64,000 nucleotides of DNA from Longimicrobiales bacterium (GTDB taxonomy: Bacteria > Gemmatimonadota > Gemmatimonadetes > Longimicrobiales > Gaopeijiaceae). The stretch spans positions 128,001-192,000 of the forward strand of contig CBDCKN010000013.1 in assembly GCA_965218295.1 (NCBI GenBank), in the 5' to 3' direction. Each line of letters begins with the position of its first letter. Position 1 is the stretch's first letter. The translations under genes and the position numbers were made by a program. Shown piece by piece: positions 1 through 10,309 of this stretch. The notes below the pieces were generated by a model. That model was not told where the DNA came from. It did no database searches and saw nothing but the letters and a program-made list of their open reading frames with translations.

Positions 1-679
1 CGATCATCCAGAACTCCGTCAGGTGTCTGCGGGTCTTGGACTTCTCGGCCCGGAACGTAGGGCCGAAGCAGTAGACCTTTCGGAAGGCGGGACAGGCGGC
101 CTCCGCATAGAGCTGGCCGGTCTGCGCCAGATAGGCAGACTCCCCGAAGTAGTCGGTCTCGAACAGGGTGCCGGCAGACTCCCCGATTGACCCGGTGAGG
201 ATCGGCGTGTCAATCCGGACGAAGTCACGCTCGTAGAAGAAGTCGTGGATGGCCTGCTCCACCTCGTGGCGGACCCGGAGGCCGGCCCGCTGGAGGCTCG
301 ACCTAAGCCACAGGTGACGATAGTCCAGAAGGAACTCGACCCCGTGCTCCTTGGGCTGAATCGGGTATTCCTCCGACGGCCCGAGAAGCTCGAGGCCGGT
401 CACGCCGATCTCGAACCCGCCCGGGGCCCTGGTCTCCTCCCGGACCTCGCCCGTGAGCGCCACCGAGGACTCCTGGGTGATCGACCCGTGGAGCACCCAT
501 GTCTCCTCGGGCACCTCGTTCTTGAGCAGCACCCCCTGCACCAGCCCCGTCCCGTCCCGTAACACGAGGAAGCCCACCTTACCGTGGCTTCGGGTGGTGT
601 CCGCCCATCCGAGTACCGTGACCTTCTTCCCGACGTGCTCGCGTAGCGAGCGGACCTCCGTAATCGCCTCGTGACTCAT
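1..679 (-). CDS. asnS: Asparagine--tRNA ligase, 5' part (runs off the window start; absent from the ORF track)
   Basis: Hand translation from ATG at 679: MSHEAITEVRSLREHVGKKVTVLGW...GKVGFLVLRDGTGLVQGV (OB fold), EYPIQPKEHGVEFLLDYRHLWLR, YLAQTGQLYAE, FGPTFRAEKSKTRRHLTEFWM (class IIb motif 2 of AsnRS). Confidence 0.95.
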   Translation of the reverse strand, partial: MSHEAITEVRSLREHVGKKVTVLGWADTTRSHGKVGFLVLRDGTGLVQGVLLKNEVPEETWVLHGSITQESSVALTGEVREETRAPGGFEIGVTGLELLGPSEEYPIQPKEHGVEFLLDYRHLWLRSSLQRAGLRVRHEVEQAIHDFFYERDFVRIDTPILTGSIGESAGTLFETDYFGESAYLAQTGQLYAEAACPAFRKVYCFGPTFRAEKSKTRRHLTEFWMI

Positions 680-776
680 CTTTTTCGAATATCCAAGGGT
701 GAGCGAGCGCCGGTGTGGAGAACGGGACTTAGTGTTCCGTTGCCGAAGTGTCTGCGGAAACGGAACACTAGCGGGC

Positions 777-2867
777 TCAGCCGACCGAGAAAAGCTTGAG
801 GCGCTCCGCGTAGCGGTGATCCATGAGGCCGCGGATGCGAGACACGCCCTCGCCCTCCAGCTCCGGGTCGGTTTCCACCAGAGCCCGGGCTCGTGTCTGT
901 GCCTCCACGAGCAGCCCCTCGTCCCTCGAGAGGTCGGCGAATCGAAGGATGGCGTCGCGACCGTGCTGCTGAGGTCCGAAGAGATCTCCCTGCCCCCGGA
1001 TGCGCAGATCCGCCTGGGCCACCGCGAAGCCATCGGACGTGTCCCTCAAGACCTTCAAGCGCTCCGCTGCCAGCTCGCCGGGCTCGGCGATGAGGATGCA
1101 ATGGCTCTTCGACGGCCCGCGGCCGACCCGGCCGCGGAGCTGGTGGAGCTGCGACAGCCCGAAGCGCTCGGCGTGCTCGATAACCATGACGCTGGCGTTG
1201 GGGACATCGATGCCCACTTCGATCACCGTGGTCGCCACCAGGATGTCCAGCTCACCGGCGAGGAAGGCCCGCATCACCCGATCCTTCTCGTCACTGGGAA
1301 GCTGACCGTGAATCAACGCGACCCGTCGCTCCGGGAAAACCTTGCTGGCGAGGCGCTCGTGCTCCTCCGTCGCCGAGCGCAGATCCACCTTCTCCGACTC
1401 GTCCACCAGCGGATAGACCACGTACGCCTGCCGGCCCGCCTCGAGCTCGGACTCGAGGAACCGGTAGACATCGTCCCGCTTGCTCGGGTAGCGGAGGAGC
1501 GTCTCCACCGGCTTCCGATCCGGTGGGAGCTCGCTGACAATCGACAGATCCAGATCCCCATACAGGGCCATGGCCAGAGACCGAGGGATGGGCGTGGCAG
1601 ACATGACGAGTGTGTCGGGCCGTACCTCACGCTCACCGAGGACCATGCGCTGGCGGACGCCGAACCGGTGTTGCTCATCCACGACCACCAGGCCCAGGTC
1701 GGAGAACTCCACCCCCTCCTGTATCAGCGCATGGGTGCCCACGATCAGACGCGCGCTCCCGTCTTTCAGGGCCGCCATGGTCTCTCCTCGCTCGGCGGCG
1801 CCCAACCGCCCGGTGAGCAGGTGGATCTGGAGATCCAGCGGCTCCACGAGCGTCCCCAGCTTCCTGGCGTGCTGCTCCGCCAGGAGCTCCGTGGGAGCCA
1901 TCAGCACCGTCTGAAATCCCCCTTCCACGGCCAGGAGCATGGCGAAGAGTGCAACGATGGTTTTCCCCGACCCCACGTCGCCCTGAAGCATGCGGTTCAT
2001 CCGACGGCTGGACCCCATGTCGGCGTAGATCTCCCTGAGGACCCCGGCCTGGGCGTCCGTCAGGGTGAACGACAGCGATTCATGCAGGGAGCGGATGAGC
2101 TCGTTCGTGCGCTCGAACACGATCCCGGGCGTCTGAACGGACTCCCTGTACCGGACCTGGGCCTGGACCAGCTGAAGAAAGAACAGCTCGTCGAACGCCA
2201 GACGACGACGGGCCGCCTCTACGCTGCCCATGGACGCCGGACGGTGAAGCACATCCAGTGCCTCCCCGAGTCCCGGCACGCGGAGCTCGCCCTGCTCCGA
2301 CGCTGTCAGGTACTCCTCCTCGGGCACGTCTCCGAGGAGTGCGTCCAGGTTCTTCTCGAAAAGCCCCCTGAGGACCCACTGTGGCACTTCCTCGCTCGCC
2401 GGGTACGTCACGAAGACGTGTCCGTGGTCACCCTCGACGGGAGATTCGTCCGACGCCCGGGCCAGTACGGTGAACTCTCTGGGTCGGAGCTGCCGCCCGT
2501 GGAAGAACCTCACCGGGCCAGTCACCAGGAGGAGGTCCCCCTCCTTGAGCTTCCGCTCCAACCACGGCTGCCCGGGCCATGCGCACGTGATCATCCCAGA
2601 GTCGTCTTGGAGGACGGCCTGGAAGATCCGGAGCCCCTTCCGGGTGGGGATCACGCCCTTGGAGCGAACACGACCGACCGCCGTGACGTCCGCTCCCACA
2701 GCCAGGTCGGCGATGGGCTGAACCGTGGAGGCGTCGTCGTAGCGGCGAGGCACGTGATACAGGAGGTCCCGGGCCGTAGCGATCCCCATGCGTCCTAGGG
2801 CCCCGGCGCGCACCGGGCCGACACCCTTCAAAAACTGGACTGGGCGGTCCAGCTTGAAGAAGCTCAC
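777..2867 (-). CDS. recG: ATP-dependent DNA helicase RecG
   Basis: Wedge domain (LKGVGP..DLLYHVPRRYDD), QGDVGSGKT, DEQHRFGVRQR, MSATPIPRSL, HAERFGLSQLHQLRGRVGRG, DLRIRGQGD. Confidence 0.97.
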   Translation of the reverse strand: MSFFKLDRPVQFLKGVGPVRAGALGRMGIATARDLLYHVPRRYDDASTVQPIADLAVGADVTAVGRVRSKGVIPTRKGLRIFQAVLQDDSGMITCAWPGQPWLERKLKEGDLLLVTGPVRFFHGRQLRPREFTVLARASDESPVEGDHGHVFVTYPASEEVPQWVLRGLFEKNLDALLGDVPEEEYLTASEQGELRVPGLGEALDVLHRPASMGSVEAARRRLAFDELFFLQLVQAQVRYRESVQTPGIVFERTNELIRSLHESLSFTLTDAQAGVLREIYADMGSSRRMNRMLQGDVGSGKTIVALFAMLLAVEGGFQTVLMAPTELLAEQHARKLGTLVEPLDLQIHLLTGRLGAAERGETMAALKDGSARLIVGTHALIQEGVEFSDLGLVVVDEQHRFGVRQRMVLGEREVRPDTLVMSATPIPRSLAMALYGDLDLSIVSELPPDRKPVETLLRYPSKRDDVYRFLESELEAGRQAYVVYPLVDESEKVDLRSATEEHERLASKVFPERRVALIHGQLPSDEKDRVMRAFLAGELDILVATTVIEVGIDVPNASVMVIEHAERFGLSQLHQLRGRVGRGPSKSHCILIAEPGELAAERLKVLRDTSDGFAVAQADLRIRGQGDLFGPQQHGRDAILRFADLSRDEGLLVEAQTRARALVETDPELEGEGVSRIRGLMDHRYAERLKLFSVG

Positions 2868-3787
2868 TCCTCGAACACCCCCTCGATGAAGTCGTCCGGG
2901 TCGAACGCCGCCAGGTCGTCGATCCCCTCACCCAGGCCCACGAGCTTGACCGGCAGCCCGAACTCCTGCTGAAGGCCGAGCACGATGCCCCCCCGGGCGG
3001 TGCTGTCCAGCTTGGCGAGGATGATACCCGAGAGGTCCACGATCTCCCGGAAGGCCCGAACCTGAGAGATGGCGTTCTGACCCACAGTGGCGTCCAGAAC
3101 GATGAGGGACTCGTGGGGCGCCCCCTCACAGCGACGCCTGATGACCCGATCCACCTTCTCCAGCTCCTCCATGAGGCCCCGCTGAGTGTGGAGACGGCCC
3201 GCCGTGTCCACCAGGACCACGTCGATCCCTCTCGCCTCCGCGGCATCGATGCTGTCGAAGGCCACGGCGGCCGGGTCGCCGCCTTGCTGGCCTGCGACGA
3301 AGTCGGCTCCGATGCGCTCCGACCACTGGCGGAGCTGCTCTACCGCCCCCGCCCGGAAGGTGTCGGCGGCGGCCACGAGCACGCTCTTGCCCTCTTGCCT
3401 GATCCAGTGGGCGAGCTTCGCCACGGACGTGGTCTTGCCGACTCCGTTGACACCGACCATAAGGTATACCGTGGGGCCTTCTTCGGCCGCGTGGAGGTAC
3501 GACTCGGTGGCCGGTTGCAGGATCCGGAACATCTCGTCCTTGAGGGCCGCCCGGAGCTCCTTGCCTCCTCTGACCTTCCCTCTCCGGGCCAAGCCGTCGA
3601 CGTGACTCACGAGGCGCACGGTGGCGTCGACTCCGAAGTCGGAAGCGAGAAGACGTTCCTCCAAGGACTCCAGGGATTCATGGTCCACCCCCCCCACGGC
3701 CACCCGGAGGTCGGTCAGCGCGAGGTCCACCGCCCTCCGCCAAAGTCCCGTCCTACGCTCGTTCTTCCGTTTGAACAGTCGGGCCAT
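2864..3787 (-). CDS. ftsY: Signal recognition particle receptor FtsY (short, no acidic A domain)
   Basis: GVNGVGKTTSVAKLA, DTFRAGAVEQL, DTAGRLHT, DATVGQNA, KLDSTARGG, GEGIDDLAAFD. Confidence 0.96.
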   Translation of the reverse strand: MARLFKRKNERRTGLWRRAVDLALTDLRVAVGGVDHESLESLEERLLASDFGVDATVRLVSHVDGLARRGKVRGGKELRAALKDEMFRILQPATESYLHAAEEGPTVYLMVGVNGVGKTTSVAKLAHWIRQEGKSVLVAAADTFRAGAVEQLRQWSERIGADFVAGQQGGDPAAVAFDSIDAAEARGIDVVLVDTAGRLHTQRGLMEELEKVDRVIRRRCEGAPHESLIVLDATVGQNAISQVRAFREIVDLSGIILAKLDSTARGGIVLGLQQEFGLPVKLVGLGEGIDDLAAFDPDDFIEGVFEE

Positions 3788-3793
3788 ACGGCG

Positions 3794-5770
3794 CTAGCGA
3801 AGCCCCCAGCGCCGGCGGCCGATCCACTCCGCCGACAAGAGGACGATGATCAGGAGGTAGGGGAACGGGTGTGTGCGGATCGGGCGTCTGGGCCGCCGAT
3901 TGCCCAGCGGGGTCCTCTCGCCGCCGGTGCTGGGCCCTGAGGTGAGCTCCGTAGGCTGCCTGAGCAGCTCGAGGCTGTGTCGCTCGGATTCCACGCGTCC
4001 GCGCCCGATGGCGTCACCCTCACCCACGCGTGTGGCCTGGTATGCGTACTCCGCGGCAGGGAGCCGCCGGGTGCGTGCCTCTCCCGCGCCGTCCACGACC
4101 ACCGTGGTGTCCATGACCACCGAGTCTCCGGCGGAGATCGTCACTACGATGGAATCGCCGGTCATGCCCGGCGCCCGCCACGTCGGCTCCTCCCAGACGC
4201 TCCAGACCCGGGTGGCGGGACGGATCTCGGCACCTTCCTCGACAGGGGTGGAGGCCAGAAGCCATCCGACGACTCTTGCCCACAGCCGCCGATAGACCTG
4301 CCGATCGGGGCCCTCACGGAACGCCCATCGCCAGAATCCCGATGCGAGCACCACGGCCCGGCGCCGTCCCTGATCCTCCCTGAGCACAAGGGCCGCCTCC
4401 GCGGGTCCAGTCCCCTGGAGCTGCAACTGCAACGGACTGGTCGGAGACTCGGGCCGCACCCTCGGGAGGACGTTGCCGAGTGGGGGCAGTCCCGTCAGAT
4501 CTGCCCCGGCCAGACTGGCGGCCAAAGGAGACGGCGGGAGGTCCGGCACGGGATACCACTCTCCGGGCAGGGGAGGGCCGGCCCGCACGCCGGCGGCCAT
4601 AGCTCCTCCGGGATCGGCGGGGAACAACAGCGCACGGGGACTCCCAGCCAGGGCCTCCGTCACCCACTGAGGCGGATTCCTACCGACTCCGTGAAGGACG
4701 AGGAAGTCGGCACCCGAGGCAGCCCTGCGCACGTCGGCCGCATCCGACGACCCACCGGCATCCGCCCCGGCACCCAACTCCAGATAGCGGCCGTCACCCA
4801 TGGCGAGGAAACCGCGGGTATTGAGGCCCGTCACCTGGGAGAGCACGGGCAGCAGGAAGCGCGGCTCCCAATCGGGCCGGAGAGAGACCAGGACCAGACC
4901 GCCCTCCTCGGGATCGACCTCGACGAAGGCCGCCTTTGTGTCGTCCCCGGCAAAGTCGTCCCCCTCCAGCTCCACCGACAGCTGGTACCGTATCCAACCC
5001 GACGAACGAGGAACCGGGAGGCGAATCGAAGTCGTGGCCAGGCGTCCGAAGCCGGCAGGCAGGACTCCCAACGAAGCGGCGAGACGACCCTCTTCGAAGA
5101 TCTGCAGACGGATCGTATCGGCAGGCCCGGCTTCTTCTGAAAAGACCGCCACCTGGGCCACCAGGGTGTCCCCGGACTCGGCTCTCCTCGGCAGCTCGAA
5201 CCGGGCTATGCCGGCATTTCGGATCCCCTCCTCCCCGCTCTCGCTCTGGAGATCCAGGGACAGACGCTGCGCCGTCAGGTTCGCCTCGACGGGATCATCC
5301 AGCCGCAGATCCGAGAGTATCGTCACCCCCTCGGCACCGGACTCGGCCACGCGGGCCAGGGCGGGAGCCAGTCGGGAAGTCCCCTCGGTCGGCAAGAGAG
5401 TGTCGAGGGAATCCATCGGGACGATCCTCGGAGTGCCTCCGAACACTAGGACCTGTGCCCCCTCGGCGGCGAGCTCCTGGGCCCTTGCCAAGGCCACGGT
5501 CCAGGCAGCCTCGCCTCCGTCCGCGCCCGCCTCCATGCTGGCCGAGCCATCGAGGAGCACCCAGCGGTCAGCCCCCGCGAAGGCTCCGGCTCGGCTGCCG
5601 GGCAGATGTGGATCCCAGAGGAGCAGGAGAACCATGACGAGGATGAGCCCCCGGGCGACCCCTAGCACATCGCGGCCTGGAATCGGGAGCTCCCGGCGAT
5701 AGTAGATCCACGCGGCGAACGCAGCGGCAGCAGCAGCCAGGGCTCCGAAAACGAGCCAGGAAAAGGTCAC
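3794..5770 (-). CDS. Uncharacterised membrane protein with N-terminal double TM, vWA-like MIDAS motif and C-terminal TM
   Basis: Two N-terminal hydrophobic helices, LLDGSASME (DxSxS) and ILSD, C-terminal TM ending EWIGRRRWGLR. GTG start at 5770 overlaps the upstream stop (GTGA). Confidence 0.7.
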   Translation of the reverse strand: MTFSWLVFGALAAAAAAFAAWIYYRRELPIPGRDVLGVARGLILVMVLLLLWDPHLPGSRAGAFAGADRWVLLDGSASMEAGADGGEAAWTVALARAQELAAEGAQVLVFGGTPRIVPMDSLDTLLPTEGTSRLAPALARVAESGAEGVTILSDLRLDDPVEANLTAQRLSLDLQSESGEEGIRNAGIARFELPRRAESGDTLVAQVAVFSEEAGPADTIRLQIFEEGRLAASLGVLPAGFGRLATTSIRLPVPRSSGWIRYQLSVELEGDDFAGDDTKAAFVEVDPEEGGLVLVSLRPDWEPRFLLPVLSQVTGLNTRGFLAMGDGRYLELGAGADAGGSSDAADVRRAASGADFLVLHGVGRNPPQWVTEALAGSPRALLFPADPGGAMAAGVRAGPPLPGEWYPVPDLPPSPLAASLAGADLTGLPPLGNVLPRVRPESPTSPLQLQLQGTGPAEAALVLREDQGRRRAVVLASGFWRWAFREGPDRQVYRRLWARVVGWLLASTPVEEGAEIRPATRVWSVWEEPTWRAPGMTGDSIVVTISAGDSVVMDTTVVVDGAGEARTRRLPAAEYAYQATRVGEGDAIGRGRVESERHSLELLRQPTELTSGPSTGGERTPLGNRRPRRPIRTHPFPYLLIIVLLSAEWIGRRRWGLR

Positions 5771-7077
5771 CGCGCTCCCGGACCCGACTGGACGCCATCC
5801 CCGACTTTCACGGCGAGATCGACGTCCCACGGAAGCGGTAGGCGGTCCAGGAGAGCCAGGTGCTCACTGCTCTGGACCTCCCAGACTTCCCACTGGTCCG
5901 TCGGAACCGGATCGCCAGCCGGAAGATCCACCGCCAGGGGATCCTTGGGATTGCCGTGGCTGCGCATCTCGTAGTGGAGGTGGGGGCCCGTGGCCAGGCC
6001 GGTCATGCCGACGTACCCGATGACATCCTCCTGCTTGACCGGGCTACCCACCCTGATCCCTGGAGCAAACCGGGTCATGTGGCCATAGCGCGTGGTCCAG
6101 CCGCTCGAATGCTGGAGCTCGATCATGTTTCCCAACGCGCTGTCGTTGCCGCGCCGGGTGACGACGCCGTTGCCCGTCGCACGGACCGGTGTGCCGGTGC
6201 CGGCCGCGAAGTCCACCCCTCGGTGGGCGCGCCACGTCTTGAGGATGGGATGGAACCGGCTGCTGGTGAAGCCGCTCGAGATGCGGTAGCGCAGCGCGAT
6301 GGGGCTCTTGAGGAAGGCCCGGCGGACCGAGTTCCCCTCGGGATCGTAGTAGGTCCCGCTCCCGTCGCGGTTGGGGTCGAACCAGAGCGCCTGGAGGCTG
6401 CGCCCGCGATTCACCAGCTCAGCGGACAGGACGTGCCCGGTGCGCATGGTGCCGTCGGGCCGGACCTCGCGCTCGAAGGCGAAGCGGTAGAAGTCACCCG
6501 ATCGAATCTGACGCAGAAAGTCGACCTGCCACTGGAAGACCTTCTCCAGCTCCAGGATGAGCTCCGCCCGATCGTTGAGATCCACGCCGTCGAGGTCCTC
6601 GTTTCCGTAGACCGACTCCCAGAGCGACGAGCGGATCTCTCCCGCCACCCAGACGGTGTCGGTGAGGAACGGCGTCCTTATGAGCTCGGAGTCCCATCCC
6701 ACGGCCGTGGGAGCCAAACGAACCGTCTGGTCCGCATTGATCTTGATGTCGACGGCCCGAAGCACGGGAGAGTCGCCCTGGAGCCACCGGAAGGCCACCT
6801 CGGTCCCGGGGCGCATCCGGCGGGGGTTGGCCTGCTCTCGTAGGGCGAGGATCAGCCCGGACTGGGTATTGGCGTCCAGGATCCCCGAAAGTAGGTCGCC
6901 GAGGGTCTGATCCTGGGCGAGGGACAGAACCTCCACCCGCTCGGCGGGAGCGGCGTAGATGGGCTCCACAAGGGCTACCGTGGGCACCTCTTCGTCTGTG
7001 AAGAGGACGAAGGCAGCCCCCAGGGCCAAGAGCCCCACCAGGCCGACGAATCGCCGTACAATTGAGCCCGAACGCAC
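5767..7077 (-). CDS. M23 family peptidoglycan DD-endopeptidase (MepM-like)
   Basis: N-terminal TM, HRGVDFAA (HxxxD), TRYGHM, GLATGPHLHYE (HxH). Confidence 0.93.
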   Translation of the reverse strand: MRSGSIVRRFVGLVGLLALGAAFVLFTDEEVPTVALVEPIYAAPAERVEVLSLAQDQTLGDLLSGILDANTQSGLILALREQANPRRMRPGTEVAFRWLQGDSPVLRAVDIKINADQTVRLAPTAVGWDSELIRTPFLTDTVWVAGEIRSSLWESVYGNEDLDGVDLNDRAELILELEKVFQWQVDFLRQIRSGDFYRFAFEREVRPDGTMRTGHVLSAELVNRGRSLQALWFDPNRDGSGTYYDPEGNSVRRAFLKSPIALRYRISSGFTSSRFHPILKTWRAHRGVDFAAGTGTPVRATGNGVVTRRGNDSALGNMIELQHSSGWTTRYGHMTRFAPGIRVGSPVKQEDVIGYVGMTGLATGPHLHYEMRSHGNPKDPLAVDLPAGDPVPTDQWEVWEVQSSEHLALLDRLPLPWDVDLAVKVGDGVQSGPGAR

Positions 7078-7123
7078 CGGTTGCCGCCCTTCGTCTATGT
7101 GCTGCGGCCCCTGGGGCCGCTAC

Positions 7124-8284
7124 TCAGTCCATCTGCCGGCGGATGAAGGTCGGGATGTCCAACTCACCGATCTGCTCCCGCGTCACCACCCGCTCCGGAA
7201 GCCGTGGAAGCGGCACGACCCCAGCCGGGCTGCCGCCGCCGCCGACCGCCCGTAGCGGCTGCTCGACCTGACGTTGGGGCTGTGGCTGTACCGCGGTGTG
7301 CCTGCCGAAGTCCGGGCGGATCACATCATCGAAGCCAGTCGCGATGACGGTGACCCTGATCCTCCCCTCCAATGCGGGGTCGTGCACCGCACCGAAGATG
7401 ATCTCCGCCTCTTCGCCGACCTCTTCTTGAATAATAGTCGATATCTGGTGGACCTCGTCAATGGCGAGATCCATGCCCCCGGTGATGTTGATCAACACCC
7501 CCTGGGCGCCGTCGATGGACACATTGTCCAGCAACGGAGAGGAGACGGCTTCCTGGGCCGCCTCTTGGGCCCGGTTCTCGCCCTCGCCGAATCCGGAACC
7601 CATGAGGGCCGGTCCACGGCACACCATGATCGTGCGCACGTCCGCGAAATCCACGTTCACATCTCCAGAGACCCGTATGAGGTCACTGATGCCCTGGGTG
7701 GCGTGAAGGAGGACCTCGTCGGCCTTCTTCAGCGCGTCGCGGAACGAGGTCCCCTTGGGCACGACCGACATGAGGCGATCGTTGGGGACGACGATCGTCG
7801 TGTCGACGCACCGACGAAGCTCGGCGAGCCCCTGATCCGCCTGAAGCTCCCGTTTCTTTCCCTCGAAGGAGAACGGCTTCGTCACGATCCCTATGGTGAG
7901 CGCGCCCATCTCCCGGGCGATCTCCCCGATGATGGGAGCGGCGCCCGTCCCCGTGCCGCCGCCCATCCCGGCCGTGATGAAGACCAGGTCGGCCCCTTCC
8001 AGGACCTTGCGAACCTCGTCGGCACTCTCGGCGATGGCCTGGCGGCCGATCTCCGGGCGGGCACCGGCGCCCAATCCCCGCGTCAGCTTCTTGCCCAACT
8101 GCATCGTAACCTGGGCGCGGGAGCTCTTCAGGGCTTGGGCATCGGTGTTCGCCGAGATGAACTCCACGCCCTCCAAGTCCTCGTCGACCATCCGGTTGAC
8201 GGCGTTGCCGCCTGCCCCCCCAACCCCCACCACCTTCATTCGGGCGTTCTGGATTGGGGTGTCTTCGAATTCGAAAATCATCAT
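7124..8284 (-). CDS. ftsZ: Cell division protein FtsZ
   Basis: GVGGAGGNAV, GMGGGTGTG tubulin signature, NVDFADV, C-terminal LDIPTFIRRQMD. Confidence 0.99.
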   Translation of the reverse strand: MMIFEFEDTPIQNARMKVVGVGGAGGNAVNRMVDEDLEGVEFISANTDAQALKSSRAQVTMQLGKKLTRGLGAGARPEIGRQAIAESADEVRKVLEGADLVFITAGMGGGTGTGAAPIIGEIAREMGALTIGIVTKPFSFEGKKRELQADQGLAELRRCVDTTIVVPNDRLMSVVPKGTSFRDALKKADEVLLHATQGISDLIRVSGDVNVDFADVRTIMVCRGPALMGSGFGEGENRAQEAAQEAVSSPLLDNVSIDGAQGVLINITGGMDLAIDEVHQISTIIQEEVGEEAEIIFGAVHDPALEGRIRVTVIATGFDDVIRPDFGRHTAVQPQPQRQVEQPLRAVGGGGSPAGVVPLPRLPERVVTREQIGELDIPTFIRRQMD

Positions 8285-8326
8285 CAGTTGACTCCCGTGC
8301 GAGGGTTGATGAAGTCGTTCACGTTC

Positions 8327-9556
8327 CTAGAAAAATTCCCTGAGCCACGAGCCGACCTTCGAGACGAGGCCGGACGTGAGCGTCGACGCACCCTCTCCCG
8401 TCTGCTCGAAGCGATCGGCTCCGTAAAGGACGAGGCCGGCCGCGGTCGCGAACTTCGGACGGCCCACGGAGTCCGCCAGCCCACCGAGGCCCTCGCCCGG
8501 AGCACCGCATCGGACCGGAGCCGCGAACACCTGCCGCGCCAGCTCCGCGGTCCCGTACAGTGCCGAGGCGCCGCCGGTGAGCACGATTCCGGCGCCCAGC
8601 TTGTCCAGAAGGCCCTGTCGCTCGAGCTCGTTCTGGACCAGTCCGAACATCTCGTCCAGGCGCTGCTCCACCACGTGGGCGATGAGCTCCCGAGCTACGT
8701 GCCGCTTCTGGCCGGGGCTCGGTCCAGGCAGCTCCACGGTCTCCTGGGAATCCACCATCTGCGCGAAGGCGACCCCGAAGTGCTCCTTAGCCTTCTTGGC
8801 CTCGGCGAAGGGGATCGAGAGCCCCCTTACCAGGTCGTTCGTCACGGTGATCCCACCCGCGGGAAGAACGGCCACATGGCGGATCTCCCCGTTACAGTAC
8901 GCGGCCAGATCGGTGGTGCAGGCGCCCATCTCGACCATGGCCACGCCCACTTCCTTTTCGTCCTCGGTCAGCACTGCCCGGGCCGCGGCCAGGGGCTCGA
9001 GAACCAGCTCCTGGACCCGATAGCCGGCCCTCTGCACGGACTTTCTGATGTTCTCGGCGGCGGAGGTCGAGCCGGTCACCAGGTAGACCTCGGCCTCCAG
9101 ACGGGTGCCTACCATGCCGATGGGATCCTTGATACCGCGCTGGTGATCGACGATGTAGTCCTGGGGGATGGCGTGGAGGAGCTCCCGGTCCGGCGGATGG
9201 GCGACGGCCCGAGCCACCTCATGGACGCGCTGCAGGTCGAAGCGCAAGACCTCGTCTTCGGAGACTGCGACGACTCCCAGAGACGTCATGGCTCTGATGT
9301 GCTCACCGCTGATGCCGACATAGACCCGATCCACGTTCGCCCCGGCCATGAGCTCGGCCTCTTCGAGGGCGGCCTTGACGGACTCCGTGGTCTCTTCGAT
9401 GTGCGTGACGACCTGCCGCATGCCCGTGCTCTTGGCCTGTCCCACCCCGAGTATCTTCAGCTCGCGCCTGAGGAACGGATCCTCGTGGACTTCTGCGATG
9501 ACCGCGCACGTCTTCGTCGTCCCGAGGTCCACACCGGCGATGAGGATCGAGTGCAT
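8327..9556 (-). CDS. ftsA: Cell division protein FtsA
   Basis: DLGTTKTCAVI, AVLTEDEKEVGV, GIVLTGG; position between ftsQ and ftsZ. Confidence 0.97.
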   Translation of the reverse strand: MHSILIAGVDLGTTKTCAVIAEVHEDPFLRRELKILGVGQAKSTGMRQVVTHIEETTESVKAALEEAELMAGANVDRVYVGISGEHIRAMTSLGVVAVSEDEVLRFDLQRVHEVARAVAHPPDRELLHAIPQDYIVDHQRGIKDPIGMVGTRLEAEVYLVTGSTSAAENIRKSVQRAGYRVQELVLEPLAAARAVLTEDEKEVGVAMVEMGACTTDLAAYCNGEIRHVAVLPAGGITVTNDLVRGLSIPFAEAKKAKEHFGVAFAQMVDSQETVELPGPSPGQKRHVARELIAHVVEQRLDEMFGLVQNELERQGLLDKLGAGIVLTGGASALYGTAELARQVFAAPVRCGAPGEGLGGLADSVGRPKFATAAGLVLYGADRFEQTGEGASTLTSGLVSKVGSWLREFF

Positions 9557-10309
9557 CTAGTGTTCCGTTGCAGAGGTTCGCGAGCCACCAAGAGGGTCGT
9601 AGGAGACCACCATCTGGTCGGCGTATCGGAGATCCACGATGGCCGCCCGCTGGGCCGGACGGCGTCGGCCGGCGTCTTCGAGAGCCGTGAGTCCGTCCCG
9701 CAACCGTCGATGAGATAGGGGCGGACGGAACCTGACGCGCACGCCTCCTTCTACGATGGCCGTTGCATCTCCCTTGTCGTCCAGCGCGATCTCGGACACG
9801 GCGGCCATGAAGGAGGGGTCGTCGGCCGTCAGGCGCTCCACCTCTATGGCCAGAATCCGCAGCTGTGACGTAGAGAGGCGTGCCATGCCCTGGTCTGCAC
9901 GGAGCAGTGGCAGATCCATCCGATGCTCGCCCGGATCCAAAGGCAGGACCTGGCCATCGCGGTCCACTGGCTCCAGGAGGGCGTTGGCGACCAAGGCGAC
10001 GGGAACCCTCTCCTCCACCGTGACGACCAGCGTCGCCGGGAGATCCCGGGTGATCTTGGCGCGACGGATGAGGGGGTGTCGCTCCAGGCGACGCTCCCAT
10101 GAGTCCGTAGCATCGAAGACACTTGCGTAGGACGGTATGGATGCCGCCTCCAGGACCTCGTCCTCTTCGACGATCCGAGCCCCGACCACACGGAACTCCG
10201 TCGCCCGGAAGTACTCCAGCTCGGCCAGTGCGTCTGGAAGCCACGCGGCCGCCAGCGCCACGCCACCGGCAACGCAGAGCCAAAGCCCGACGCGGAGGAG
10301 CCTACGCAT
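9557..10309 (-). CDS. ftsQ: Cell division protein FtsQ/DivIB
   Basis: N-terminal TM, POTRA region (HPLIRRAKITRDLPATLVVTVEERVPVA), C-terminal VDLRY; synteny. Confidence 0.92.
   Translation of the reverse strand: MRRLLRVGLWLCVAGGVALAAAWLPDALAELEYFRATEFRVVGARIVEEDEVLEAASIPSYASVFDATDSWERRLERHPLIRRAKITRDLPATLVVTVEERVPVALVANALLEPVDRDGQVLPLDPGEHRMDLPLLRADQGMARLSTSQLRILAIEVERLTADDPSFMAAVSEIALDDKGDATAIVEGGVRVRFRPPLSHRRLRDGLTALEDAGRRRPAQRAAIVDLRYADQMVVSYDPLGGSRTSATEH

Noticed and set aside
699..2798. Long + strand ORFs antisense to real genes (699..2798, 7274..9718, 60673..63339) and - strand ORFs such as 52519..54942 and 56280..59033
   Set aside because: Shadow ORFs expected in high-GC coding DNA; no motifs, and each mirrors a well-supported gene on the other strand
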